A stretch of 64,000 nucleotides of DNA. It comes from Elusimicrobiota bacterium. Lineage in GTDB: Bacteria; Elusimicrobiota; Elusimicrobia; UBA1565; UBA9628. Positions 1 through 8,316 of the stretch are shown here, in pieces. Positions within the stretch are counted from its first letter, which is position 1. Each line of letters starts with the position of its first letter. Location of the stretch: contig JAHFCF010000008.1 in assembly GCA_023249645.1 (NCBI GenBank), forward strand, positions 7,257 to 71,256. The letters are read 5' to 3'. Both the position numbers and the translations under genes were made by a program. The notes beneath the pieces were generated by a model. That model was not told the DNA's origin and ran no database searches. It saw nothing but the letters and a program-made list of their open reading frames with translations.

Positions 1-1095
1 GGCGGGGTCATGAAGACGGCTTTCGACGGCGTTCCCATCCACATCCCCTCTGAGTATATGTTTGCTTTCGGCAAGACGACCTACGCCAACTGCGACAATG
101 TCTCGGGACACTCCTTGGACCGGGTGCGCAGCGAGGCTGAGCGGCTTATTAAGGAATACCCGGACCGCTTGACCATGGCCTCGACCGGCGGCCCGGTCAG
201 CGGCAACGACGAGGCGGACAAGAAGGGCTGGCAGCACAACACCAAGAAGCTCGAGGACTGCGGCATCATGGGCATCGAGTACAGCCTTTCCTGCCCGCAG
301 GGCGGCGACGGGACCAAGGGCGACATCGTGTCCCAGGACGCTGAGCTCACGGCCAAGATCATCGGCTGGGTCCTGGAGGCGGGAGATCCGGAAATCCCCA
401 AGCTCTTCAAGCTCACGGCGGCCGTGACCTCGATCTATCCCATCATCACGGCCATCAAGGAAGTCTTTGCGCGCTACCCCAAGGCTAAAGCCGGGGTGAC
501 CTTGGCCAATACTTTCCCGACGCTGGCGTTCCGAAAGGGCCGGAAAGCGGCCTGGGATGAGGGAGTTGTCGTCGGCATGAGCGGCGAAGGGGTCATTCCG
601 ATCTCGAATCTGACCCTGGCTAATGTGTCGCGCCTGGGCGTGGTCGTCTCGGGCAACGGCGGGCCCATGGACTACCAGTCTGCGGCCCATTTCCTGGCGC
701 TGGGCGCTCGGACCGTGCAGTTCTGCACCGTCGCGATGAAGTATGGCGTCGGGATCATCGGCGAGTTGCACTCGGGCTTGAGCTATCTCATGGAAGATCG
801 CGGGATCAAATCCATGGACGAGCTCATCGGCCGGGCTTTGCCGGATCCCGTCCGAGGATTCATGGAGCTCTCCGCGACCAAGAAGATCTCGGCCGTGCGC
901 GAGGAGCTCTGCCTGCACTGCGGCAACTGCTCGCGCTGTCCCTATCTGGCCATCACCCTCAACGACAAGACGGTGCCCCAGACGGATCCGGAGAAGTGCG
1001 TGGGCTGTTCCATCTGCAGCCAGAAGTGTTTTTCAGGCGCTCTCTATATGCGCGAGCGCACCAAAAAGGAGCTCGCAGCTCTTAAGGAGGATTAG
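1..1095 (+). CDS. Dihydroorotate/dihydropyrimidine dehydrogenase-family flavoprotein with C-terminal 2x[4Fe-4S] ferredoxin domain (PreA-like); 5' end runs off the window
   Basis: ORF 10..1095 is open to the window edge. 'EYSLSCPQGG' is the DHODH-family active-site loop. The C-terminus has two CxxCxxCxxxCP ferredoxin motifs. About 45 aa of the N-terminus are missing relative to PreA-like proteins. Confidence 0.7.
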   Translation, partial: GGVMKTAFDGVPIHIPSEYMFAFGKTTYANCDNVSGHSLDRVRSEAERLIKEYPDRLTMASTGGPVSGNDEADKKGWQHNTKKLEDCGIMGIEYSLSCPQGGDGTKGDIVSQDAELTAKIIGWVLEAGDPEIPKLFKLTAAVTSIYPIITAIKEVFARYPKAKAGVTLANTFPTLAFRKGRKAAWDEGVVVGMSGEGVIPISNLTLANVSRLGVVVSGNGGPMDYQSAAHFLALGARTVQFCTVAMKYGVGIIGELHSGLSYLMEDRGIKSMDELIGRALPDPVRGFMELSATKKISAVREELCLHCGNCSRCPYLAITLNDKTVPQTDPEKCVGCSICSQKCFSGALYMRERTKKELAALKED

Positions 1096-1144
1096 AGGGT
1101 CAGGCATTGACTTTTGACTCAGTCAAAAGTCAATGCCTGACCCT
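1096..1144. repeat. 49-bp perfect palindrome (AGGGTCAGGCATTGACTTTTGACT c AGTCAAAAGTCAATGCCTGACCCT) filling the gap between the PreA-like gene and ssnA; candidate operator or attenuator
   Basis: Perfect 24-bp arms read directly. It ends 8 nt before the ssnA ATG. The half-site recurs near 21808 and, degenerate, near 8301. Confidence 0.8.
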
Positions 1145-1152
1145 AATTCAAT

Positions 1153-2472
1153 ATGCTGATAAAAAACGGGATCGTCGTCACGTTGGGGGAGGAGAATCGG
1201 GTTCTTTATAACCACGCCATCCTCTGCGAAGGCGGGTTGATCAAGAAGATCGCCCCGCAGAAAGAGTTCAAGGGAAAGCCTGGCAAGGTCATCGACGCCA
1301 AGGGCAAGGTCATCATGCCCGGGTTCATCAATACGCACATGCACTTTTACAGCACCATGGTCCGGGGCCTGGGCAAGGCAGCGCCTTCCAAGGATTTCCA
1401 GGAGGTCTTGGAGAATCTGTGGTGGCGCTTGGACAAGAAGCTGACCCTGGCCGACTCCTACTACAGCGCCCTTCTGCCTATGATCGACGCGATCAAGAGG
1501 GGCACGACCACCTTGATCGACCATCATGCCAGCCCCTTTGCCGTTCGCGGTTCTCTGGGGAAGATCGCGGAGGCGGTCAAGGAAACGGGCCTGAGGGCTT
1601 CCCTGTGTTACGAGCTCTCGGACCGCGACGGGGCCAAGATCGCGCAGGAGGGCATCGACGAGAACGTCGCCTTCATCAAACGTTGCGCCAAAGAAAAAGA
1701 CGAGCATTTAAAAGCACTTTTTGGTCTGCATGCTTCCTTTACCATCACGGACGCGACCATGGCCAAAGCCGCTGAAGCCGGTCAAGGATTGGGTGCTGGT
1801 TTTCATGTGCACACAGCCGAGGCCAAGTCAGACCAGGACTTCAATGAGAAGACCTTCGGCATGCGCGTGGTCGAGCGCCTCAATAAATTCGGGATCCTCG
1901 GTCCCAAGACCATCGCGGCGCACTGCGTACACGTGAGCGACGCCGAGATGGACATTTTGCGCGACACAGGCACCGCGGTCGCGCACAATCCGCAGTCCAA
2001 CATGAACAATGCGGTCGGCGTGGCGGACATCATCAAGCTGACGGAGAAGGGCGTTTTGGTTGGCCTGGGCACGGACGCCATGACCGTGAATATGCTCGAA
2101 GAGGTCCGCGTCGCTCTCTGGGCCCAGCACTTATCCCACAACAACCCCAGCGTGGGCTTCATGGAGGCGCTCTCGACCTTGATGTTCAACAATGCCAAGA
2201 TCGCCAATCGCTATTGGAACCCCCAGGTCGGGGTCTTGAAGGAAGGCTCCGCCGCGGACATCATCCTCATGGACTACTACCCGCCTACGCCTTTCAACGA
2301 GAACACCTTCCTGGGCCATCTGGGCTTCGGCCTTTCCCAGTCCTTCGTGGACACCACCATCTGCGCAGGCAAGGTGCTCATGGAGGGCAAGAAGCTCAAG
2401 ATCGGGGTGGACGAAGAGGAAGTCGCGGCCAAGTCTCTGGAGCTCTCCAAAAAACTCTGGGAAAGATTCTAG
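1153..2472 (+). CDS. ssnA: Amidohydrolase-family protein, SsnA-like putative aminohydrolase/chlorohydrolase
   Basis: 439 aa with an N-terminal metal-binding HxH motif ('INTHMHFY') and amidohydrolase-fold conservation (HVH, HCVH, GTD). It sits next to PreA-like and xdh genes, as in ygf-type clusters. Confidence 0.7.
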   Translation: MLIKNGIVVTLGEENRVLYNHAILCEGGLIKKIAPQKEFKGKPGKVIDAKGKVIMPGFINTHMHFYSTMVRGLGKAAPSKDFQEVLENLWWRLDKKLTLADSYYSALLPMIDAIKRGTTTLIDHHASPFAVRGSLGKIAEAVKETGLRASLCYELSDRDGAKIAQEGIDENVAFIKRCAKEKDEHLKALFGLHASFTITDATMAKAAEAGQGLGAGFHVHTAEAKSDQDFNEKTFGMRVVERLNKFGILGPKTIAAHCVHVSDAEMDILRDTGTAVAHNPQSNMNNAVGVADIIKLTEKGVLVGLGTDAMTVNMLEEVRVALWAQHLSHNNPSVGFMEALSTLMFNNAKIANRYWNPQVGVLKEGSAADIILMDYYPPTPFNENTFLGHLGFGLSQSFVDTTICAGKVLMEGKKLKIGVDEEEVAAKSLELSKKLWERF

Positions 2473-2475
2473 GTG

Positions 2476-3762
2476 TCAGGCTTTCTCGTATTTTCCGTAT
2501 TTGGCGGCAGCAGCGCCGGCAGAAAGCCCTGAGGCCCAGGCGAAATGGAGGTTGAAGCCTCCGCTGTCGCCATCCACATCGAGCATCTCGCCGGTGAGGA
2601 AAAGTCCTGGGACCTTGCGCGACTCAAAGGTCTTGGGGTCTACTTCGAGCGTGTCCACCCCGCCGGCCGTGGCCATGGCCTCACTCCAGGGCCGGGCCCC
2701 TGAGATCTCGAAGCGCCAGTCAGAGACGAGCGAGATAAGCCGCGTCAGGACATCATTGCCCAGCGAGTCCAGGGTCCGACTTGAGTCGATGCCCAAGGTA
2801 TCGTTGATCGCTCCCGCCAGTTGGGAGGGGAAAATGCCGAGAAAGAAATCCTTGAGCGGCCTTTGGGCCTTGGCCGCCCAGCGCGCCAAGAGCATGCTCT
2901 TAAGGCCTGGGGGGGAGAACTCGGGGAAGAGATTCAAGGAGCCTTGCACGGCGCCCTGACGCAGCGCCAGGACCGCTTCGCGGCTGACATCCAGAACAAC
3001 CGGTCCTGAAAGACCATAATCCGTGAACAGGACCTCGCCTTGGCTTCGGGAGATCACGCGGCCCTGGCTGAAGACCTGGATGGCGGCTTGAAGGCGCAGG
3101 CCTTGGAGGTGTTTCCAGGCATGGTCCTTGACGCAAAGCGGGACCAGGGCAGGGGAAGGCGGCGTGACGCTGTGCCCCAAAGACTTCGCCAGATCGTAGG
3201 CCTTCTCTCCCGCGCCCAGCGCGGGATAAGAGGTCCCGCCGCAGGCCAGAATGACGCGATCGAATCGGAACTCTCCAGCGGATTGAGGATCGGCCTGCGT
3301 TTTTTGCCAGGGCGCGGGTCCTGGCTGGGTCTGGACGAGAAAGCCTTCCTTTATAGGGCGGATGGCCGCGGCGTCGGTCAAAAGGAGGACCTTCACCGAG
3401 AGCCTTTCGAGTTCAGCCTTGAGCACATCGAGCACGGCTGCGGCCTTGTCGCAGCGCGGGAATATCCGGCCGTCCGGCTCCTCCACGGTCAAAAGCCCCA
3501 GGTTCGAGAAGAAGGCCAGGATCTCGCGCGCCTTGAAACGGGCGAGGGCCTCCTTGACGAAGTTCTTTTGGCCGCAGTGATAGTGCTCAGGCAGGATCTT
3601 GGAATTGGTGAGGTTGCAGCGCCCGGCGCCGCTGGCCAGGATCTTTCGTCCCAGCAAGTGGCCGCGCTCTAGAAGCGTGACCTCGGCGCCTTCCCTGGCC
3701 GCGGTGATCGCCGCAGTCAGGCCGGAGGCCCCTCCGCCGATGACGGCTACGCGGGTCTTCAT
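2476..3762 (-). CDS. HI0933-family NAD(P)/FAD-dependent oxidoreductase (BaiN/aminoacetone oxidase family)
   Basis: N-terminal Rossmann motif 'MKTRVAVIGGGASGLTAA' and C-terminal 'GGFNLHFAWASG'. The start was set 168 codons inside ORF 2476..4266 because the upstream part is Arg/Ser-rich GC-frame noise. This start abuts the stop of the next gene (3770). Confidence 0.8.
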   Translation of the reverse strand: MKTRVAVIGGGASGLTAAITAAREGAEVTLLERGHLLGRKILASGAGRCNLTNSKILPEHYHCGQKNFVKEALARFKAREILAFFSNLGLLTVEEPDGRIFPRCDKAAAVLDVLKAELERLSVKVLLLTDAAAIRPIKEGFLVQTQPGPAPWQKTQADPQSAGEFRFDRVILACGGTSYPALGAGEKAYDLAKSLGHSVTPPSPALVPLCVKDHAWKHLQGLRLQAAIQVFSQGRVISRSQGEVLFTDYGLSGPVVLDVSREAVLALRQGAVQGSLNLFPEFSPPGLKSMLLARWAAKAQRPLKDFFLGIFPSQLAGAINDTLGIDSSRTLDSLGNDVLTRLISLVSDWRFEISGARPWSEAMATAGGVDTLEVDPKTFESRKVPGLFLTGEMLDVDGDSGGFNLHFAWASGLSAGAAAAKYGKYEKA

Positions 3763-3769
3763 GCGCGGT

Positions 3770-5692
3770 TCAGCCGGAGCGTTTGGCGTAGTTGAGGACG
3801 CTGCCGGCCAAAAGGATCTTCCGCTCTCGCTGCGAGAATTCGATGCGCATGAGCATCTTTCGGCCGTTGACGAGGATCGGGATCTGGGATTCTCCCTTCT
3901 CCAGGGCTTGGCGGATCCCCTCGATGCGCACCTTCTGTCCCTGCGCCACGGCCTCAAAATCCGCGGCATCGGCGAAGACGAGCGGCACGATGCCGAAGTT
4001 GATGAGATTGGCCCGGTGGATGCGCGCGAAGCTCTTGGCGAGCTTGGCCTTGATCCCGAGGTAGCGAGGCGCCAGCGCCGCGTGCTCGCGCGAGGAGCCC
4101 TGGCCGTAATTCTCGCCGCCCACGATGAGTCCGCCGCCCGAGGCTTGGGCGCGTTTGGAAAAGCCCTCCTCCACGCCCGAGAACACGAACTCGCTGATGG
4201 CCGGCAGGTTGCTCCGGTACGGGAGGACACGGCTTCCCGCCGGCATGATGGCGTCCGTGCTGACATTGTCGCCGACTTTCAGCAGGATCTCTCCGTCGAT
4301 GGTTGGCGGCAGAGGCTCGAAGTGCGGCAGCGGCTTGATGTTCGGACCGCGGATGATCTCCACGCTTAAGGGATCCTTGGCCGGGCGGATGAACCAGGAT
4401 TCGTTGAAGGTGAATCTCTTGGGATACTCGACGGTCGGGCAGGTGCCGAGCGTGCGGGGGTCGGTGATGCGCCCCGTGAGCGCCGAGGCCGCTGCCGTCT
4501 CGGGAGAGCAGAGATAGACCTCGTCGTCCTTGGTCCCGCTGCGGCCCTTGAAGTTGCGCGGGAAGGTCCGCAGCGACTTGATGCCGGTCCCCGGAGCCTG
4601 GCCCATGCCGATGCAGCCCAGGCATCCCGCCTCGCAGATGCGTGCGCCCGTTTCGACGAGGAGCTTGAGCCCGCCCATGGCCAGGACGTTCTCCAGGGTC
4701 TGCCGGCTGCCGGGGTTGATCTGCAGGTCGACGGTCGAGGCCTTCACCTTGCCGGCCATCATCTGCGCCGCGACCATGAAATCCCGGTAGCTGCCGTTGG
4801 CCGAGGAGCCGATGAGGACCTGCTGGATCTCGACGTCGGAAAGCTCGCGGGCGGGCTTGACGTTGTCGGGGTTGGACGGGCAGGCGACCAGGGGCTCGAG
4901 GGAGGAGAGGTCGAGGGTCGTCTCCTGATCCCATTGCGGCTTGGGGCCGGCCTTGAGCTCCTTCCAGTCGGCCTCGCGGCCGTTGCGGGCGAGATAGTCT
5001 TTCGTCACCGCGTCGGAGGGGAAGATCCCCGCCGTGAAGCCCATGTCCACCGCCATGTTGGAGACGGCCGCGCGGTCAGCCATGGACACGCCGGCCACGC
5101 CGGGACCGAAGAATTCCAGGATCTTGCCGATGCCTCCCTTGCAGGAATGGCGCCGCAACAGCTCGAGGATCAGGTCCTTGCCGGAGACGAAGGGTTGGAG
5201 CTTGCCTTCCAGCCGCACGCCCCAGATCTTCGGGGTCATCAGATGGTAAGGCCGGCCCGCCATGGCCAGGGCCACCTCGACGCCGCCCGCCCCGATGGCC
5301 AGCATCCCGAGGCAGCCGCCGGTGGTCGTGTGGCTGTCCGAGCCGAGCAGGGTCTGTCCCGGCACGCCGAAACGCTCGCGGTGCACGTGGTGGGAGACGC
5401 CGTTGCCCGCCGGCGAGAGGATGACTCCGAATTTTTCGGCGCAGGACTGCAGGAAGCGGTGGTCGTCGAAATTGCGCGAATCGGTCTGGATGATGTTGTG
5501 GTCGATGTAGCTGACCGCCGTCTGGACCAGAACACGGGGCAGACCCAAGGTTTCGAACTCAAGATACACCATGGTGCCCGTGGCGTCCTGGGTGAGGGTC
5601 TGATCGATCTTGAGGCCGATCTCCTGGCCGGGTCCGGGATTTCCCTCCACGAGGTGTTCCTGGATGATTTTTCCGGCGAGGGTGTCTTTCAT
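3770..5692 (-). CDS. Aconitase-family hydratase (fused catalytic and swivel domains, about 640 aa type)
   Basis: Aconitase/IPM-dehydratase signatures 'GSDSHTTTGG', 'CEAGCLGCIG' (Fe-S cysteines) and 'GENYGQGSSRE' in the swivel domain. Confidence 0.75.
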   Translation of the reverse strand: MKDTLAGKIIQEHLVEGNPGPGQEIGLKIDQTLTQDATGTMVYLEFETLGLPRVLVQTAVSYIDHNIIQTDSRNFDDHRFLQSCAEKFGVILSPAGNGVSHHVHRERFGVPGQTLLGSDSHTTTGGCLGMLAIGAGGVEVALAMAGRPYHLMTPKIWGVRLEGKLQPFVSGKDLILELLRRHSCKGGIGKILEFFGPGVAGVSMADRAAVSNMAVDMGFTAGIFPSDAVTKDYLARNGREADWKELKAGPKPQWDQETTLDLSSLEPLVACPSNPDNVKPARELSDVEIQQVLIGSSANGSYRDFMVAAQMMAGKVKASTVDLQINPGSRQTLENVLAMGGLKLLVETGARICEAGCLGCIGMGQAPGTGIKSLRTFPRNFKGRSGTKDDEVYLCSPETAAASALTGRITDPRTLGTCPTVEYPKRFTFNESWFIRPAKDPLSVEIIRGPNIKPLPHFEPLPPTIDGEILLKVGDNVSTDAIMPAGSRVLPYRSNLPAISEFVFSGVEEGFSKRAQASGGGLIVGGENYGQGSSREHAALAPRYLGIKAKLAKSFARIHRANLINFGIVPLVFADAADFEAVAQGQKVRIEGIRQALEKGESQIPILVNGRKMLMRIEFSQRERKILLAGSVLNYAKRSG

Positions 5693-5763
5693 GATGAGTA
5701 AACCATGCCAAATTAACCGTTGGCGGGCAAGAGGTTCAAAACGGAATCGTTCTTAGCGGGTCG

Positions 5764-5801
5764 TTATCCACAAACTCGCTGCGCAGCGAGTTTGTGGATA
5801 A
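5764..5801. promoter_or_regulatory. 38-bp perfect inverted repeat carrying two DnaA-box consensus 9-mers (TTATCCACA ... TGTGGATAA)
   Basis: TTATCCACAAACTCGCTGCG|CAGCGAGTTTGTGGATAA read directly. It lies between the xdh stop (5833) and the aconitase-family start (5692). Confidence 0.6.
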
Positions 5802-5832
5802 GTCTTCTGGAGGATTCGACGCGAGTTGAAAC

Positions 5833-8274
5833 TTATTTTTCTCGGCGCTGCAGCGCCAAGGCGACCTTCTCGGCCGTGATGGGCATGGATTGGATGCGGA
5901 TGCCGACCGCGTCTTCGACCGCGTTGGCCACCATGGAGGCGGCCGGGATCATCGTATGCTCGCCCACGCCGCGCGCGCCGTAGGGCCCGTCCGGCTGGGC
6001 GGCCTCGACGAGGATGGGGACCACCTCTTCGGGAGCATCCAAGGCTGTGGGAATCTTGTAATCCGAGAAATTCGGATTCAACAGCCGGCCCTTGGCGTCA
6101 AAGCGCATGTCCTCGTAGAGAACGGTGGCCAAGCCCTGCAAAAGCCCTCCGGTCACCTGTCCGCGGATGAGCTCGGGGTTCAGCGCCTTGCCCACGTCCG
6201 CGGCCAAGACGGCCTTCAAGACCTTCATCTTGCCCGTCGCCTTGTCGACTTCGAGGATGATGCCGCCCGCGCCCGTGGTGTAGTGGACGTTGGGGTGTCC
6301 TCCCTGGCCCGTTTCCGGGTTGCTGATGGCCGAGGCGAACTCAGGCATGAACATTCCGTGGCCCATGATGGGTCCGCCCTTGTAGGTGTGGTCCGCGGCT
6401 TGGATGCCGTTGATGACGAAATCCTTCAGGGGGAGCTTCCAGCCCTTGCGCTTGCGGCAAAGGACGGATTCGTTCTCGAGATAAAGGTCCTCTGTGTTCA
6501 GGCACAGAGCGCGCGTGACCGTGTCGAAGATCTGATCGCGCGCGTTCAGCGCCGCTTTTTTGACCGCGTTGCCGCAGCCCCAGGTCACGTGCGAACCCAC
6601 GGTCTGCCACTCATAGGGGTTGCGGTCCGTGTCCGGGGTCTCGACGCGGATCTTGGACATGGGCACGGTCAGGATCTCCGAGACGATCTGGGCCATGACG
6701 GTCAAGAGCCCCTGGCCGAGCTCCATGCCGGAGACGAGGAGGTTCACGCTGGCGTCCTCGTTGAATTTCAGGAAGGCCGAGGAGGAGGCGTTGGGCGGCA
6801 TGGCCGGCGCCTTCCAGTAGAGCACGAGGGCTTTGCCGATGGACTTGGTCGGGTCCTTGGAGACTTCTTTCTTGCCCCAGCGGATCTCGGCGGCGGTCTT
6901 GTCGATGGCCTCGGCCAAAGCCGTGGGATTCATGTGCGCGCCGTAGGCCAGGACGTCGCCTTCTTTAATCGCGTTCTTCTTGCGCAAGGCGACCGGGTCC
7001 ATCTTGAGCTTGCGGGCCAATTGCGTCATGTGGGACTCGAGTCCGAAGCCGAACTCGGAGTAGCCGAAGCCGCGGTAGGGGCCGCCCGGCGGCAGGTTGG
7101 TGTAGACGCAGACCGAGTCGATCTTGACATGCTCGATCTTGTAGGGTCCGGTGGCGGAGAGCCCCGTCGCGTTGACCACATTAGCGCCATATTCGACGTA
7201 AGCGCCGGCGTCCCAGTAGATCGTGTGCTCCAGGGCCGTGATGGCGCCGTTCTTCTTGACGCCCATCTTGATCTTGGAGACGACGCCTTGGCGCTGATAG
7301 GTGTTGTAGAACTCCTGCGCCCGGTTCCAGAGGATCTTGACCGGGTGGCCCTGCACCGTCGTGGCCAGGGCCGCGCCCAAGATCTCCATGGAGACCCCGG
7401 CCTTGCCGCCGAAGCCGCCGCCGACATAAGGGGTGATGACGCGCACGTCCTTGTGGGAGATGCCCAAGGGCGCCAGGGCCTCGGCAAAGCCGTGGCGTTG
7501 GGTGAAGGGCGACTGGGAGGCGGTCCAGACCGTGAGCCGGCCCGAGGCGTCATAAAGCCCGATGGCGCCGTGCACCTCGATGGCGCAATGGGCGTAGCGA
7601 GGGACGGTGTAGGTGTCTTCCAAGACGAGGTCCGCGTCCTTGAAGCCTTGAGCCGCGTCGCCCTTGCGGATCTTGCGCCAGTGGGCGATGTTGGTGCCGG
7701 CCTTGGGAAAGAACCACGGCACGTGCTGGTAGCGGGCCAGGTCCGGGTGGATGAGGGTCGCGTTCTTTTCCAGGGCCTTCATCGGATCGACGAGAGCGGG
7801 GAGCTCCTCATAGTCGACTTTCACGAGGGCCGCGGCCTTGAGGGCGGCCTTGGGGTTCCAGGCGATGACGGCGGCGACCTGCTCGCCGACGAAGCGCGCG
7901 CGGTCCTGGGCGAATATGTAGCGGTCCTTCATGTAGAGGCCGAACTTGTAGGGGAAATCAGCGCCGGTGACGACCTTGACCACGCCCGGGACCTTGAGCG
8001 CGGCCGATGTGTCGATCTTCTTGATGAGGGCGTGCGCCAACGGGCTTTCCACGACAGCGGCGAAGAGGAGTTTGGGTCCGAATTCGATGTCATCGACGAA
8101 CTGGGCCGCGCCCATGACCTTCTCCAAACCGTCGATGCGCGGCACGGAGCGGCCGACGGTCTTCAGTTCTTCCTTCGGATGGGACGGCACGGATTTTTCG
8201 CCGATCTTGAGGCCGCGCTGAAGCCGCTTGTGTCCGTTGTGATGATGTTTAGCTAGGAGTTTTGTGTGCGCCAT
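5833..8274 (-). CDS. Xanthine dehydrogenase/aldehyde oxidoreductase molybdopterin-binding large subunit
   Basis: 813 aa. The MoCo-binding family shows 'GGGFGGK' and 'GQGLLTVMAQIVSEILTV', plus the conserved C-terminal dimerisation region. Confidence 0.9.
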   Translation of the reverse strand: MAHTKLLAKHHHNGHKRLQRGLKIGEKSVPSHPKEELKTVGRSVPRIDGLEKVMGAAQFVDDIEFGPKLLFAAVVESPLAHALIKKIDTSAALKVPGVVKVVTGADFPYKFGLYMKDRYIFAQDRARFVGEQVAAVIAWNPKAALKAAALVKVDYEELPALVDPMKALEKNATLIHPDLARYQHVPWFFPKAGTNIAHWRKIRKGDAAQGFKDADLVLEDTYTVPRYAHCAIEVHGAIGLYDASGRLTVWTASQSPFTQRHGFAEALAPLGISHKDVRVITPYVGGGFGGKAGVSMEILGAALATTVQGHPVKILWNRAQEFYNTYQRQGVVSKIKMGVKKNGAITALEHTIYWDAGAYVEYGANVVNATGLSATGPYKIEHVKIDSVCVYTNLPPGGPYRGFGYSEFGFGLESHMTQLARKLKMDPVALRKKNAIKEGDVLAYGAHMNPTALAEAIDKTAAEIRWGKKEVSKDPTKSIGKALVLYWKAPAMPPNASSSAFLKFNEDASVNLLVSGMELGQGLLTVMAQIVSEILTVPMSKIRVETPDTDRNPYEWQTVGSHVTWGCGNAVKKAALNARDQIFDTVTRALCLNTEDLYLENESVLCRKRKGWKLPLKDFVINGIQAADHTYKGGPIMGHGMFMPEFASAISNPETGQGGHPNVHYTTGAGGIILEVDKATGKMKVLKAVLAADVGKALNPELIRGQVTGGLLQGLATVLYEDMRFDAKGRLLNPNFSDYKIPTALDAPEEVVPILVEAAQPDGPYGARGVGEHTMIPAASMVANAVEDAVGIRIQSMPITAEKVALALQRREK

Positions 8275-8316
8275 GGCATTCTCCCTCTACCTTTGGGATT
8301 TTACCAATTTACCGGG

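Noticed and set aside
3763-4266. N-terminal 168-codon extension of ORF 2476..4266
   Set aside because: It is Arg/Ser/Pro-rich junk. It overlaps the aconitase-family gene on the same strand in another frame. The Rossmann-motif start at 3762 abuts the upstream stop.
5890-8256. 788-aa plus-strand ORF antisense to the xanthine dehydrogenase large subunit
   Set aside because: It is Arg/Gly/Asp-rich low-complexity translation typical of the reverse frame of a high-GC gene. It is fully contained in a strongly supported minus-strand CDS.
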